64,000 bases of DNA from an uncultured Candidatus Babeliaceae bacterium (GTDB lineage: Bacteria; Babelota; Babeliae; Babelales; Babelaceae), in contig OY969927.1 of assembly GCA_963704655.1 (NCBI GenBank), positions 256,001 through 320,000 of the forward strand. Direction: 5' to 3'. The notes under the pieces were generated by a model. It saw nothing but the letters and a program-made list of their open reading frames with translations. It searched no databases and was not told the origin of the DNA. Both the position numbers and the translations under genes were made by a program. The first letter of the stretch is position 1. Every line of letters begins with the position of its first letter. Shown piece after piece: positions 18,201 to 27,468 of this stretch.

Positions 18201-21200
18201 CGCAATATGCATTAACTTCATTAACTTCAACAAGTGCACAATATGCAACTAATGCATTGCTTTCTGTAACGGCACAGTATGCAAAAAATGCAGGTTCAAC
18301 AAACTTTGCTTACACATCATCAAGTGCGTTATATTCAACAACGGCACAATACGCACTTACTGCACTGACATCAACAAGTGCGCAATATGCAACAAATGCG
18401 CTACTTTCTGTAACATCGCAATATGCAGCAACCGCTGGTTCAACTAACTTTGCCTACACATCATCAAGCGCGTTATATTCAACAACGGCACAATACGCAC
18501 TTACTGCATTAATATCAACAAGTGCACAATATGCAACTAACGCGTTACTTTCTGTAACTTCACAATATGCAGCTAATGCTGGCTCAACTAACTTTGCTTA
18601 TACGGCATCGAGTGCGTTATATTCAACAACGGCACAATATGCACAGGTAGCAAACAGCGCCAATTATATTTGCGGCGTGCCAGCATGTAATTTAGTAAAT
18701 ACCTATTCACAGGTACTTTCTGGAACAAGTTATGATATTCCATTAAAGCTGGTTCTACGTGATAGCACCGGCAGCTTTGCAGCAACTACGGTTACGTTAA
18801 CTGGCGCATTAAGGCTGCAAAATGCAAATGGTAATCTTACTACGCTTGAAGCTGGTGCGCAAAGTTTTGCTCCAGTCTATACATTAATATTGCCAACAAC
18901 AATTGGTGGTGATAATCAGGTATTAACAACAGACGGTAATAACCCAGCAAATCTTTTTTGGCAGCCTGTTTCTGCAATAACCACATCGACTATTTTGCTC
19001 TATGGCGATGTTACCGGATCTTCTACTGCAAATAGGGTAACAACTATTTGTGGTGTGCCAGCATGTAATCTGGTGAATACCTACTCATTTGTACTTTCCG
19101 GGACAAGTGCAGATATTCCATTAACCTTAGTTTTACGTGATTCAACCGGAAGTTTTGCAGCAACTACGGTTACGTTAACAGGCGCATTACAATTGCAAAA
19201 TGCAAATGGTAATCTTACTGCGTTTCAAGCGGGTGCGCAAAGTTTTGCTCCAGTTTATACATTAATATTGCCAACATCCGTGGGTGGTGATAATCAGGTA
19301 TTAACAACAGACGGTAATAACCCTGCAAACCTTTCATGGCAGCCTGTTACTGCAATAACCACATCGACTATTTTGCTCTATGGCGATGTTACCGGATCTT
19401 CTACTGCAAATAGGGTAACAACTATTTGTGGCGTGCCAGCATGTAATCTGGTGAATACCTACTCATTTGTACTTTCCGGTACAAGTGCAGATATTCCATT
19501 AACATTAGTTTTACGTGATTCAACAGGAAGTTTTTCAGCAACAACTATAACGGCAAGTTCTATTATTGTTGATAATCAAACACTTGTTGTTGACCCTATT
19601 AATCATTTAGTAGGTATTGGCACCAATCAACCAGCATTATATCCACAAGGACGTTTATTGGAACGCATTACGCCTAATATTCCAAGCTTTAGTGGTATTG
19701 CTCCGGGAAGTTGCTCGGGAGATTTTATTAACTCATCGTATATCGCGCAACCAAGTAGTATTATTGGCGTTAATCAAGTGGGGATCATCTCGATTAATGA
19801 CCCAGTAAATCTCAATCTGGTTGCAACGATAAACGGAGGCTTTCCAACACAAACACGTGTAACGGGAACGACATTATATGTTTTAAATTCAGCAGGCTTT
19901 TTATCACCACGTAACTCCATTGCGCGCTATGATGTAAGTAACCCATTGGACCCTGTTTTTGTAAATGAGTTTAACTGTCTACCATTTCCAGGAAATATAG
20001 CCGTGACATCAAGTAATGTTTACGAAACTGATGTGTTGCGTGGATTATTTATCTATGATTCGGAGCTTGATTATCTAGGCAGCACCACGCCATTTTCTGC
20101 ATTTAGTTTAGCTGTTTCAAATGATATTGCATTAGTCGGTACGCTCGAAGGGCAACTTTATGCCTTTAATGTTTCAAATCCAGCAAATATAGTACCATTA
20201 GGGTCATTGCTCTTCACAAACCCTGTTGTTGATATTAACATTCAGGGGATATATGCATTTGTTTCACTTGCTACACACAATGGAATTCCTGGAAGCGTGC
20301 AGATTGTTAATATTTCAAATCCAAATGCATTAACTATTGCTAACGTTCTTACCACGAATCTTTTATCACCTATACAAACGCTGATAAAAAATAATATATT
20401 GTATGTTGTTGACGCTGTTCTGAATACCATTAATGAATATGATATTACCACGATAACCTCACCAGTGTTCCTTACCAGTTATAATAATGGTACACCGCTT
20501 TCATCGATACTTTCAAATAGCCAAAACCTTTATGCAATTCCGACACAGGGATCACTTTTTGCCCTTAACCCAGCTTCAGAATTCTTGTTAACCGTTACCG
20601 GTGATACGCTTATCGGCGGCATCCTTAATTTATTACCAACAGGTAGCGGCAGTGGACAAATCAAGATTGGTGGGGCTACCGTATTACATACCTTTAATGG
20701 TGGCACCTATGTGGGGCCAAATGCTGGGAATTTCTCGACTATCAATGGCATTGGAAATTTAGAAAGTAATAATATAAGTGAAGCACAAAACAGTACCGCT
20801 GTTGGCGCAAACAGTCTTGCAAATATTATCAGTGGATTTAATAACACCGCAATTGGCGCGCAAGCCAGCCAGTACCTGACAAATGGAAATGATAATACTG
20901 CTGTGGGCTTTGCAACATTACTAGAAAATAACTCTGGCTCACAAAATACTGTTGTTGGTTCACGCGCGTTAAGTGGTTCAGACTACTTATGCACCTCAAC
21001 TATTACCGTAAACGATTGCACCGCAGTCGGCTTTAATGCGCTTAATGTAAATAATGCAGATCAAATTACTGCCATCGGATCTGGTGCATTACAAAATAAT
21101 AGCACCGGGCTACAAAATACTGCTCTTGGTTATAATGCACTTCAAGGTAACATTGCAGGCAATACCAATACCGCTGTTGGCCATAACAGTTTAAACAGCG

Positions 21201-24200
21201 CTCAAAATAGCAGTAACAATACCGTAATCGGTGCAGAATCAGGAACATCTTCAAGTCTTGGTTCGTATAATATCTATCTGGGCGATAGCATTAACTTTGG
21301 TGGAGAAGGTAATACCATACGCATCGGCACCCAAGGTGTACAAGCAGCCGCTTACATGGCTGGGGTTACGGGAAACTTACAACCTTCTGCATTGCCAGTT
21401 ACGATCAATAGTAATGGGCTATTGGGTGTAGGGAATCTCATTACTACAAGCGCTATCTATTTCACCGGGCAATTATATGGTGATGTTATTGGCACACAAA
21501 CAGCGACACAGGTTGTTACGGTCTGCGGAGTGCCTGCATGTAGTTTGGTAAATTCGTATTCAAAAATACTTTTAGCTACAAGCTGTGATAATGCATCAAC
21601 ATTAGTGGAACGTGATGAAACGGGCAGCTTTGAAGTAACCACTATTACCTTTACTGGCAACAGTTTAATTAATTATAGTTCTTTAGGTGGCTGTGATACC
21701 GGCCAAGCCTTTGTCTTTGCGCCAACAAATCAAAATACCATTATTGGTCTTGGAGCAGGCAATAATAATATTTTAACGGGCATCAGCAACGTTGCACTTG
21801 GTTATAATGCGCTTATGAGTGCAACAGCGGCTTTTGACAACATCGCCATTGGCGCATTTGCGGGTCAAAGCCTTGTAGGTGGAGTTGATAATATCGCTAT
21901 TGGTACAGACGCATTAGCATCAACCCAACAAGGTTTTTGTAATGTTGCTATAGGAACCTCGGCATTAATGACGGCAACAGATGTTCCTACGCCTAAGGGA
22001 TTGATCCCTTTACAATATAATGTTGCTATCGGGTACCAAGCTCTCATGAATACATTGGCTGGGGAAGCTGCGGTATCCCCATTCCTTCCTAACAAAATCT
22101 TTATTAATACTGCTGTAGGAAGTTTAGCTTTAACCACTAATATATCGGGCAATGTTAATACCGCCATTGGCTACAGCGCATTAACCAATAATATTGTTGG
22201 TAGCAGGAACACCGCAGTTGGGAATTCGGCATTATCAACTGTAATTTCTGGTGATGGCAATACAGCAATAGGTTCTGGTGCAAATGTTTATGACCCGGAT
22301 GCACAAAACAGAACGGCCATAGGTTCAGGCGCTATTGCTTTTGTTGATAACAGCATCATGCTTGGCTCTAGTGCTGTGCAGTATATTATGCCAGGTGGCT
22401 ATAATTTGACGGATCTTGGTTATCCACCATCTAATCTTTTAAATAATGTGCAGGCAACCCAACTTAATCTTTATGATAGCACTGATACAATATATGCGGG
22501 CATTACTGCGCCAGAAAATTATAATTATACCTATACCTTATACATGCCTGTTAGCCAAGGTTTTGCTAACCAAGCGCTTATGACAGACGGTAATAACCCT
22601 GCGCAACTAAGTTGGGGTACCATCGTTACAAATAGCACCCAATCGTGCGATATACCATCGACCCTTGTCTTACGCGATGATACGGGCAGCTTTGCAGCAA
22701 CAACAATTACACTCACGGGAAATAGTCTTATTAATTACAGCTCACTTGGCGCATGCAATACTGGTTCTGGCTTTATCTTTGCACCAACAAACCAAAATAC
22801 TCTTATTGGTCTTGGTGCAGGCAATAGCAATATTCTCACTGGAACCAATAATACCGCCTTTGGGTATAATGCGCTTGCAGCTATAACATCTGGGTATCAC
22901 AATGCCGCTGTGGGTGTGGGGACATTAAGTGCATTGAATTATAATTCTGCCTATAACACCGCATTAGGAAATTTTGCAGGTAAACATTTGCTTAATGGCA
23001 GTTACAATGTGTTATTAGGTTATGGTGCAGGTGCGGGCTTTACCAATGGTAATAACAATATCGCCATTGGATATCAATCTCTCATTCAAACAGCTACTTT
23101 CTGTGACAATATCGCAATCGGGGCTTTGGCCTTATGGAACAATAGCGCAAACCAAAACCTTGCAATCGGTTCGTATGCCCTTGAATATAATACCTCGGGA
23201 ACAGGCAACAGCGCTATTGGTTATACTGCATTAATCAATAGTACAACCGGAAATTATAATACGGCATTTGGTTATCTTGCAGGTTCAAATTCACTTGGTT
23301 CAAATAATATCTATCTTGGTGCGAATGTTACCGGAAACAGTTCTGATAACGGTGTTATTCAGATCGGCAACCAGGGCGTGCAAAATGCTGCATATGTTGC
23401 GGGCATCTATAATAACTTACAAATGGGTGAACCGGTAGTTATTACCAGCAGTGGCCAACTTGGCATAGGCTCATATTCAAATCTTATTAACACCGCAACT
23501 TCATGCGACAATGCACTTACACTTGTGCTGCGCGACAGCACCGGCAGCTTTGCAGCAACAACAATTACACTCACGGGCAATAGTTTAATTAATTACAGTT
23601 CTGTCGGCGGATGCGATACTGGCCAAAGCTTTATTCTTGCACCAACGCAAGGTAATACCATTATCGGTTTAAGTACCGGCACTGCTATAACAACCGGTAC
23701 GAATAATATTTATCTTGGTGCCAATATTAATAAAGGCAATGAAAGTGGTGCTATCCGTATAGGGAACAGCAATCAAACTTCAGCATATGTTGCGGGCATT
23801 TATAATAACTTACAAGTGGGTGAACCGGTAGTTATTACCAGCAGTGGCCAACTCGGCATAGGCTCATATTCAAATCTTATTAACACCGCAACATCATGCG
23901 ACAATATATTGTCGCTGGTTCTGCGTGACAGCACGGGCAGTTTTGCAGCAACAACAATTACACTCACGGGCAACAGTTTAATTAATTACAGTTCTGTCGG
24001 CGGATGCGATACTGGCAAAAGCTTTATTCTTGCACCAACGCAAGGTAATACCATTATCGGTTTAAATACCGGTACTGCTATAACAACCGGTACGAATAAT
24101 ATTTATCTTGGTGCCAATATTAATAAAGGCAATGAAAGTGGAGCTATCCGTATAGGGAACAGCAACCAAACTGCTGCATATGTTGCCGGCATTTACAATA

Positions 24201-27200
24201 ACTTACAAGTTGGTGAACCGGTAGTTATTACCAGCAGTGGTCAACTTGGTGTGGGGTCATCTTTAAATCTTATTAATACTGCAACATCATGTGATTATGC
24301 TTTAACACTTGTGCTGCGTGATAGTACCGGAAGCTTCTCTGCAACTATGGTTACACTAACAGGTAACACCATGGTAAGTTACGGAACCAGCCCATGCGAC
24401 CCAACAGCATTTATCTTTGCACCATTACAACAAAACACACTCATGGGTGTAAATGCTAATAGCAACAGCCCACTTATTGGTTGGAACAACACTGCTTATG
24501 GATACCAAGCATTAACAAACAACTTAACCGGCTCAGATAACGTTGCAGTAGGCAATAACGCATTAAACAGCAGTTCAAACTTTACTGGTGTTCAACGCAG
24601 CATTGCTATCGGTTCACAAAGTATGCCAAATGTTGGCTCATCAACGGTAGATAATATTGCCATTGGTTACCAATCATTGGGCAATTTAGTAAGTGCTTTT
24701 GATACCTCTTACGGTACTCGAAATATTGCACTTGGCAACCAAGTGATGACCAATGCTCAAGGAAACTCTACCTGCATCGGTATCGGCTATCAAGCATTAC
24801 AAAATACTAATTACTCATCAGATAACATTGGCATAGGAACATCGGCATTGTCACAAAACAGTGGCTCAGCCTCAAATGCTCACATTGCTATTGGGTCAAA
24901 TGCGCTTGAAAGTTTTAATAGTACAAATCTTTCAGGTAATATTGCCATCGGTTATGGCGCAGCAAGTGCATTAACAACAAATACAGGAAGTGGCAGCAGC
25001 GATGCATGCATTATGATTGGTTACCAAGCAGGGGCAACAAACCCTGCCAGATCAACTGCATCAATCTATATTGGAAGTAATCTCAATGCGCCTGTTGCTG
25101 CAGAATTTGACACAATCCGCTTAGGTGCTTTTCCCTATAGCATCGCGCCGGCTGGTGTACCAGCGCATAACATTGCTATTGGTAATTCAGCGCTTTCAAG
25201 CCCAAGCCTTGGCGCTGCAAGCAACAATACCGCAATCGGCTACCAAGCGTTACAAAACAATACCGCAAACCAGCTTACTGCTGTTGGTTCTGGCGCATTA
25301 AGTGCAAACACTGGTGGGATTCAAAATACTGCCGTTGGTTATTATGCACTTAATCAGGTAACAACATCAACAGCAAATACCGCAGTTGGTTACCGTGCAT
25401 TACAAAATATTACCACACGTTTTGGTGGGCAAGTTGCGTTAGGAAGTTTAACGTTAACGTCACTTTCTGATGGCGGCCAAGGTAACACCGGTATTGGGTC
25501 AAGTGCATTTACCTTATTAACTACTGGTAGTATTAATACCGGGCTTGGTTTTAATGCGGGAAGTGGTTTAATTACCGGCACAGGAAACATTCTTATTGGC
25601 GCCTATACCGCGCAAGGGTTAACCTCAGGAGCAAATAATATTATCATCGGCCAGGGTGCAGTTGCAGCAGCATCAACAGCAAGTAATAATACTATTATCG
25701 GTACACTTGTAGGTGTTAATAGTACTTCAAGCAATAATGCTGCTGTTGGGTATCAAGCATTGCAAAATGATACCGCAGGAAACCAAGTTGCTGTTGGGTA
25801 CCAAGCAATGCAAAGTAATACAGCCGGTATACAGAATACTGCTGTTGGGTATCAAGCGCTTAATGCGAATACTACTGGAACATCGAATGTCGCGCTTGGC
25901 TATCAAGCTTTAGCAAATGCAAAAACTATTAACAACTTTGATAATATCGCCATCGGCGCGTTTACGCTTTCTGGTGCAAATATTTTAGGAGATAATATCG
26001 CAATTGGTGTTAACGCACTTTCAAATGCAAACTATAACCAAGGCCAGCAAATTGCTATCGGTTCTGGCGCATTAGCGGCAAATACAGGAGGTACTTATAA
26101 TAGTGCAGTTGGTTACCAAACATTAAATGCAAATACCACAGGAGTACAAAATACCGCTGTTGGTTACCAAGCATTGCAAAAAAATACCACTGGCTATGCA
26201 AATACAGCACTTGGTTATTATGCGTTAAATCAAAACACTATAGGTGATACAAATATGGCAATTGGTGGTCTAGCGCTTCAAAATGCGTCAGCTCAAAGTT
26301 ATAATACAGCAATTGGCTATAACACACTTATTGGTGCAAATATTTTAAGCTATAATGTTGCAATTGGTTCTAGTGCGCTTTCATCACCTAACAATACTCA
26401 AGGCCAGCAAACTGCTGTCGGTTATAGTGCATTACTAAATAATACTTCGGGTGCGAATAATACTGCTGTTGGTTTTCAGACATTATATGAAAATCAAACC
26501 GGTAGCGGAAATACTGCACTTGGTTTGCAGGCGTTATTTAAAGGAACTGCTAATTCAGATAATACTGCTGTAGGGTATTATGCTCTTTTTGGAAACAGCG
26601 GTACTCTTACTGCGGGCCAATTAACTGCAGTTGGTTCAGGAGCGTTGTATAATAATTCATCAGGCGGTCAGAATGTGGCAGTTGGCTATTATGCATTAAA
26701 CTCAAATACAACTGGTACGGCTAACGTTGCACTTGGTACTCTTGCCCTTGCAACAAATATCACCGGAACGGCTAACGTTGCACTTGGTTATAATGCTGGA
26801 GCAGGTGCTACTGGAAATGCCAACACTATCATCGGGTCCTCTGCTGGCTCGGGGGTTCTTTCGGGAAATAACATTATTGTTATTGGAAATGGCCTGGTCG
26901 GTGGTGCCACTCCATTTACAACATATATAGCTGGCATTTCTGGGGCAACGGCAAGTGGTGGCGTAGAGGTATATTGTAATACCAGCAGTCAACTTGGAAC
27001 TCTTAATTCTTCTAGACGTTATAAAGAAAATATTAAGGACCTAGGTAATTTTTCAGATAATATCTATAAATTACGTCCAGTACAATTTAATTACATAAGT
27101 GACCAAGAAAAGTGGTTTGAAGCTGGTTTAATAGCAGAAGAAGTAGTCGATATTTACCCTCAAATAATTGTTTATAAGGATGGTGAAATCGAAACGATAC

Positions 27201-27388
27201 GCTATAAACAGTTGTATATAATGATGCTTAATGAACAGCAAAAAGATCATTCGGTATTACATGAATATAAAAAACGCGTAGAAACACTCGAGACACAAAA
27301 TAATGAGTTTACGCAAACCATCACAACAATGCAGCAGCAAATTAATGATCTCCAGGATAAAATGAACAAACTTGGGCTGTTCCCTTGA
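15299..27388 (+). CDS. Giant secreted fibre/adhesin-like protein 3 (4029 aa) with LVIVD-like propeller insert and C-terminal Peptidase_S74
   Basis: Signal peptide, shared N-domain, about 800-aa A/S-X-X shaft, LRDSTGSF linkers, DVSNP/NISNP repeats, many NTAVGYQAL repeats, SSRRYK...AGLIAEEV, coiled coil. Confidence 0.9.
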   Translation: MKQYLYAAIAAVVLFVASLQAEITSLDKAYGVLQELEMFAQGDQLEASSDSVMLALDELIRYLESDTLLSANVRLDISKKINVLVKKINLQTRAPRLDAPEIHETTILNENYYPTRDLYLRNLLITGSLILNGQQIGGGGSVPSNLYVLKAGDTMTGDLTMADQHGIVFDDTNSGSITITAPAAVSPAGTNYTFELPINAGGNGQVLTTDGGNPAMLSWQPVTAIVTATIQLYGDVVGSTSATKVAFVCGVPACNIVQTYSTVLSATSANQCGTLVLRDSNCNFSANLITATVTNALLSQTALYATNSLLSVTSQYAQNAGSTNFAFTSSLAQYALTSLTSTSAQYATNSLLSVTSQYAANAGSTNFAFTSSLAQYALTALTSTSAQYATNALLSVTSQYAANAGSTNFAFTSSLAQYALTALTSTSAQYATNSLLSVTSQYAAVAGATNFAYTSSSALLSTSAQYANVAGFTNFALTASSALLSTTAQYAAVAGATNFAYTSSSALLSTSAQYANVAGFTNFALTASSALLSTTAQYAAVAGATNFAYTSSSALLSTSAQYANVAGFTNFALTASSALLSTTAQYAAVAGATNFAYTSSSALLSTSAQYANVAGFTNFALTASSALLSTTAQYAAVAGATNFAYTSSSALLSTSAQYANVAGFTNFALTASSALLSTTAQYAAVAGATNFAYTSSSALLSTSAQYANVAGFTNFALTASSALLSTTAQYAAVAGATNFAYTSSSALLSTSAQYANVAGFTNFALTASSALLSTTAQYAAVAGTTNFAYTSSSALLSTSAQYANVAGFTNFALTASSALLSTTAQYAAVAGATNFAFTSSLAQYALTALTSTSAQYATNSLLSVTSQYAANAGSTNFAFTSSLAQYALTALTSTSAQYATNSLLSVTSQYAANAGSTNFAFTSSLAQYALTALTSTSAQYATNSLLSVTSQYAQNAGSTNFAFTSSVAQYALTSLTSTSAQYATNALLSVTAQYAKNAGSTNFAYTSSSALYSTTAQYALTALTSTSAQYATNALLSVTSQYAATAGSTNFAYTSSSALYSTTAQYALTALISTSAQYATNALLSVTSQYAANAGSTNFAYTASSALYSTTAQYAQVANSANYICGVPACNLVNTYSQVLSGTSYDIPLKLVLRDSTGSFAATTVTLTGALRLQNANGNLTTLEAGAQSFAPVYTLILPTTIGGDNQVLTTDGNNPANLFWQPVSAITTSTILLYGDVTGSSTANRVTTICGVPACNLVNTYSFVLSGTSADIPLTLVLRDSTGSFAATTVTLTGALQLQNANGNLTAFQAGAQSFAPVYTLILPTSVGGDNQVLTTDGNNPANLSWQPVTAITTSTILLYGDVTGSSTANRVTTICGVPACNLVNTYSFVLSGTSADIPLTLVLRDSTGSFSATTITASSIIVDNQTLVVDPINHLVGIGTNQPALYPQGRLLERITPNIPSFSGIAPGSCSGDFINSSYIAQPSSIIGVNQVGIISINDPVNLNLVATINGGFPTQTRVTGTTLYVLNSAGFLSPRNSIARYDVSNPLDPVFVNEFNCLPFPGNIAVTSSNVYETDVLRGLFIYDSELDYLGSTTPFSAFSLAVSNDIALVGTLEGQLYAFNVSNPANIVPLGSLLFTNPVVDINIQGIYAFVSLATHNGIPGSVQIVNISNPNALTIANVLTTNLLSPIQTLIKNNILYVVDAVLNTINEYDITTITSPVFLTSYNNGTPLSSILSNSQNLYAIPTQGSLFALNPASEFLLTVTGDTLIGGILNLLPTGSGSGQIKIGGATVLHTFNGGTYVGPNAGNFSTINGIGNLESNNISEAQNSTAVGANSLANIISGFNNTAIGAQASQYLTNGNDNTAVGFATLLENNSGSQNTVVGSRALSGSDYLCTSTITVNDCTAVGFNALNVNNADQITAIGSGALQNNSTGLQNTALGYNALQGNIAGNTNTAVGHNSLNSAQNSSNNTVIGAESGTSSSLGSYNIYLGDSINFGGEGNTIRIGTQGVQAAAYMAGVTGNLQPSALPVTINSNGLLGVGNLITTSAIYFTGQLYGDVIGTQTATQVVTVCGVPACSLVNSYSKILLATSCDNASTLVERDETGSFEVTTITFTGNSLINYSSLGGCDTGQAFVFAPTNQNTIIGLGAGNNNILTGISNVALGYNALMSATAAFDNIAIGAFAGQSLVGGVDNIAIGTDALASTQQGFCNVAIGTSALMTATDVPTPKGLIPLQYNVAIGYQALMNTLAGEAAVSPFLPNKIFINTAVGSLALTTNISGNVNTAIGYSALTNNIVGSRNTAVGNSALSTVISGDGNTAIGSGANVYDPDAQNRTAIGSGAIAFVDNSIMLGSSAVQYIMPGGYNLTDLGYPPSNLLNNVQATQLNLYDSTDTIYAGITAPENYNYTYTLYMPVSQGFANQALMTDGNNPAQLSWGTIVTNSTQSCDIPSTLVLRDDTGSFAATTITLTGNSLINYSSLGACNTGSGFIFAPTNQNTLIGLGAGNSNILTGTNNTAFGYNALAAITSGYHNAAVGVGTLSALNYNSAYNTALGNFAGKHLLNGSYNVLLGYGAGAGFTNGNNNIAIGYQSLIQTATFCDNIAIGALALWNNSANQNLAIGSYALEYNTSGTGNSAIGYTALINSTTGNYNTAFGYLAGSNSLGSNNIYLGANVTGNSSDNGVIQIGNQGVQNAAYVAGIYNNLQMGEPVVITSSGQLGIGSYSNLINTATSCDNALTLVLRDSTGSFAATTITLTGNSLINYSSVGGCDTGQSFILAPTQGNTIIGLSTGTAITTGTNNIYLGANINKGNESGAIRIGNSNQTSAYVAGIYNNLQVGEPVVITSSGQLGIGSYSNLINTATSCDNILSLVLRDSTGSFAATTITLTGNSLINYSSVGGCDTGKSFILAPTQGNTIIGLNTGTAITTGTNNIYLGANINKGNESGAIRIGNSNQTAAYVAGIYNNLQVGEPVVITSSGQLGVGSSLNLINTATSCDYALTLVLRDSTGSFSATMVTLTGNTMVSYGTSPCDPTAFIFAPLQQNTLMGVNANSNSPLIGWNNTAYGYQALTNNLTGSDNVAVGNNALNSSSNFTGVQRSIAIGSQSMPNVGSSTVDNIAIGYQSLGNLVSAFDTSYGTRNIALGNQVMTNAQGNSTCIGIGYQALQNTNYSSDNIGIGTSALSQNSGSASNAHIAIGSNALESFNSTNLSGNIAIGYGAASALTTNTGSGSSDACIMIGYQAGATNPARSTASIYIGSNLNAPVAAEFDTIRLGAFPYSIAPAGVPAHNIAIGNSALSSPSLGAASNNTAIGYQALQNNTANQLTAVGSGALSANTGGIQNTAVGYYALNQVTTSTANTAVGYRALQNITTRFGGQVALGSLTLTSLSDGGQGNTGIGSSAFTLLTTGSINTGLGFNAGSGLITGTGNILIGAYTAQGLTSGANNIIIGQGAVAAASTASNNTIIGTLVGVNSTSSNNAAVGYQALQNDTAGNQVAVGYQAMQSNTAGIQNTAVGYQALNANTTGTSNVALGYQALANAKTINNFDNIAIGAFTLSGANILGDNIAIGVNALSNANYNQGQQIAIGSGALAANTGGTYNSAVGYQTLNANTTGVQNTAVGYQALQKNTTGYANTALGYYALNQNTIGDTNMAIGGLALQNASAQSYNTAIGYNTLIGANILSYNVAIGSSALSSPNNTQGQQTAVGYSALLNNTSGANNTAVGFQTLYENQTGSGNTALGLQALFKGTANSDNTAVGYYALFGNSGTLTAGQLTAVGSGALYNNSSGGQNVAVGYYALNSNTTGTANVALGTLALATNITGTANVALGYNAGAGATGNANTIIGSSAGSGVLSGNNIIVIGNGLVGGATPFTTYIAGISGATASGGVEVYCNTSSQLGTLNSSRRYKENIKDLGNFSDNIYKLRPVQFNYISDQEKWFEAGLIAEEVVDIYPQIIVYKDGEIETIRYKQLYIMMLNEQQKDHSVLHEYKKRVETLETQNNEFTQTITTMQQQINDLQDKMNKLGLFP
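16256..18667 (+). repeat. Composite coding tandem array: 3x126 bp, 8x144 bp, 4x126 bp, 2x144 bp plus a partial unit
   Basis: Unit boundaries at 16256, 16634, 17786, 18290, 18578; every unit starts AGxTNFA. Confidence 0.9.
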
Positions 27389-27468
27389 CCTTACAAGAGG
27401 CGCATGTTAGAGAAACTATAAGTAATGAAATCGTTGAAGAAATTGAAATTTTAAAAAAGGATTTGTAT

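Noticed and set aside
6133-18667. Regular 108-144 bp repeats as a CRISPR array
   Set aside because: No repeat-spacer alternation; units are in-frame coding repeats with mostly synonymous variation, and no cas operon is present.
27385-27468. TTG start for fibre gene 4
   Set aside because: ATG 27469 has an AAGGA RBS and a signal-like MKQ start; the upstream part looks like promoter sequence.
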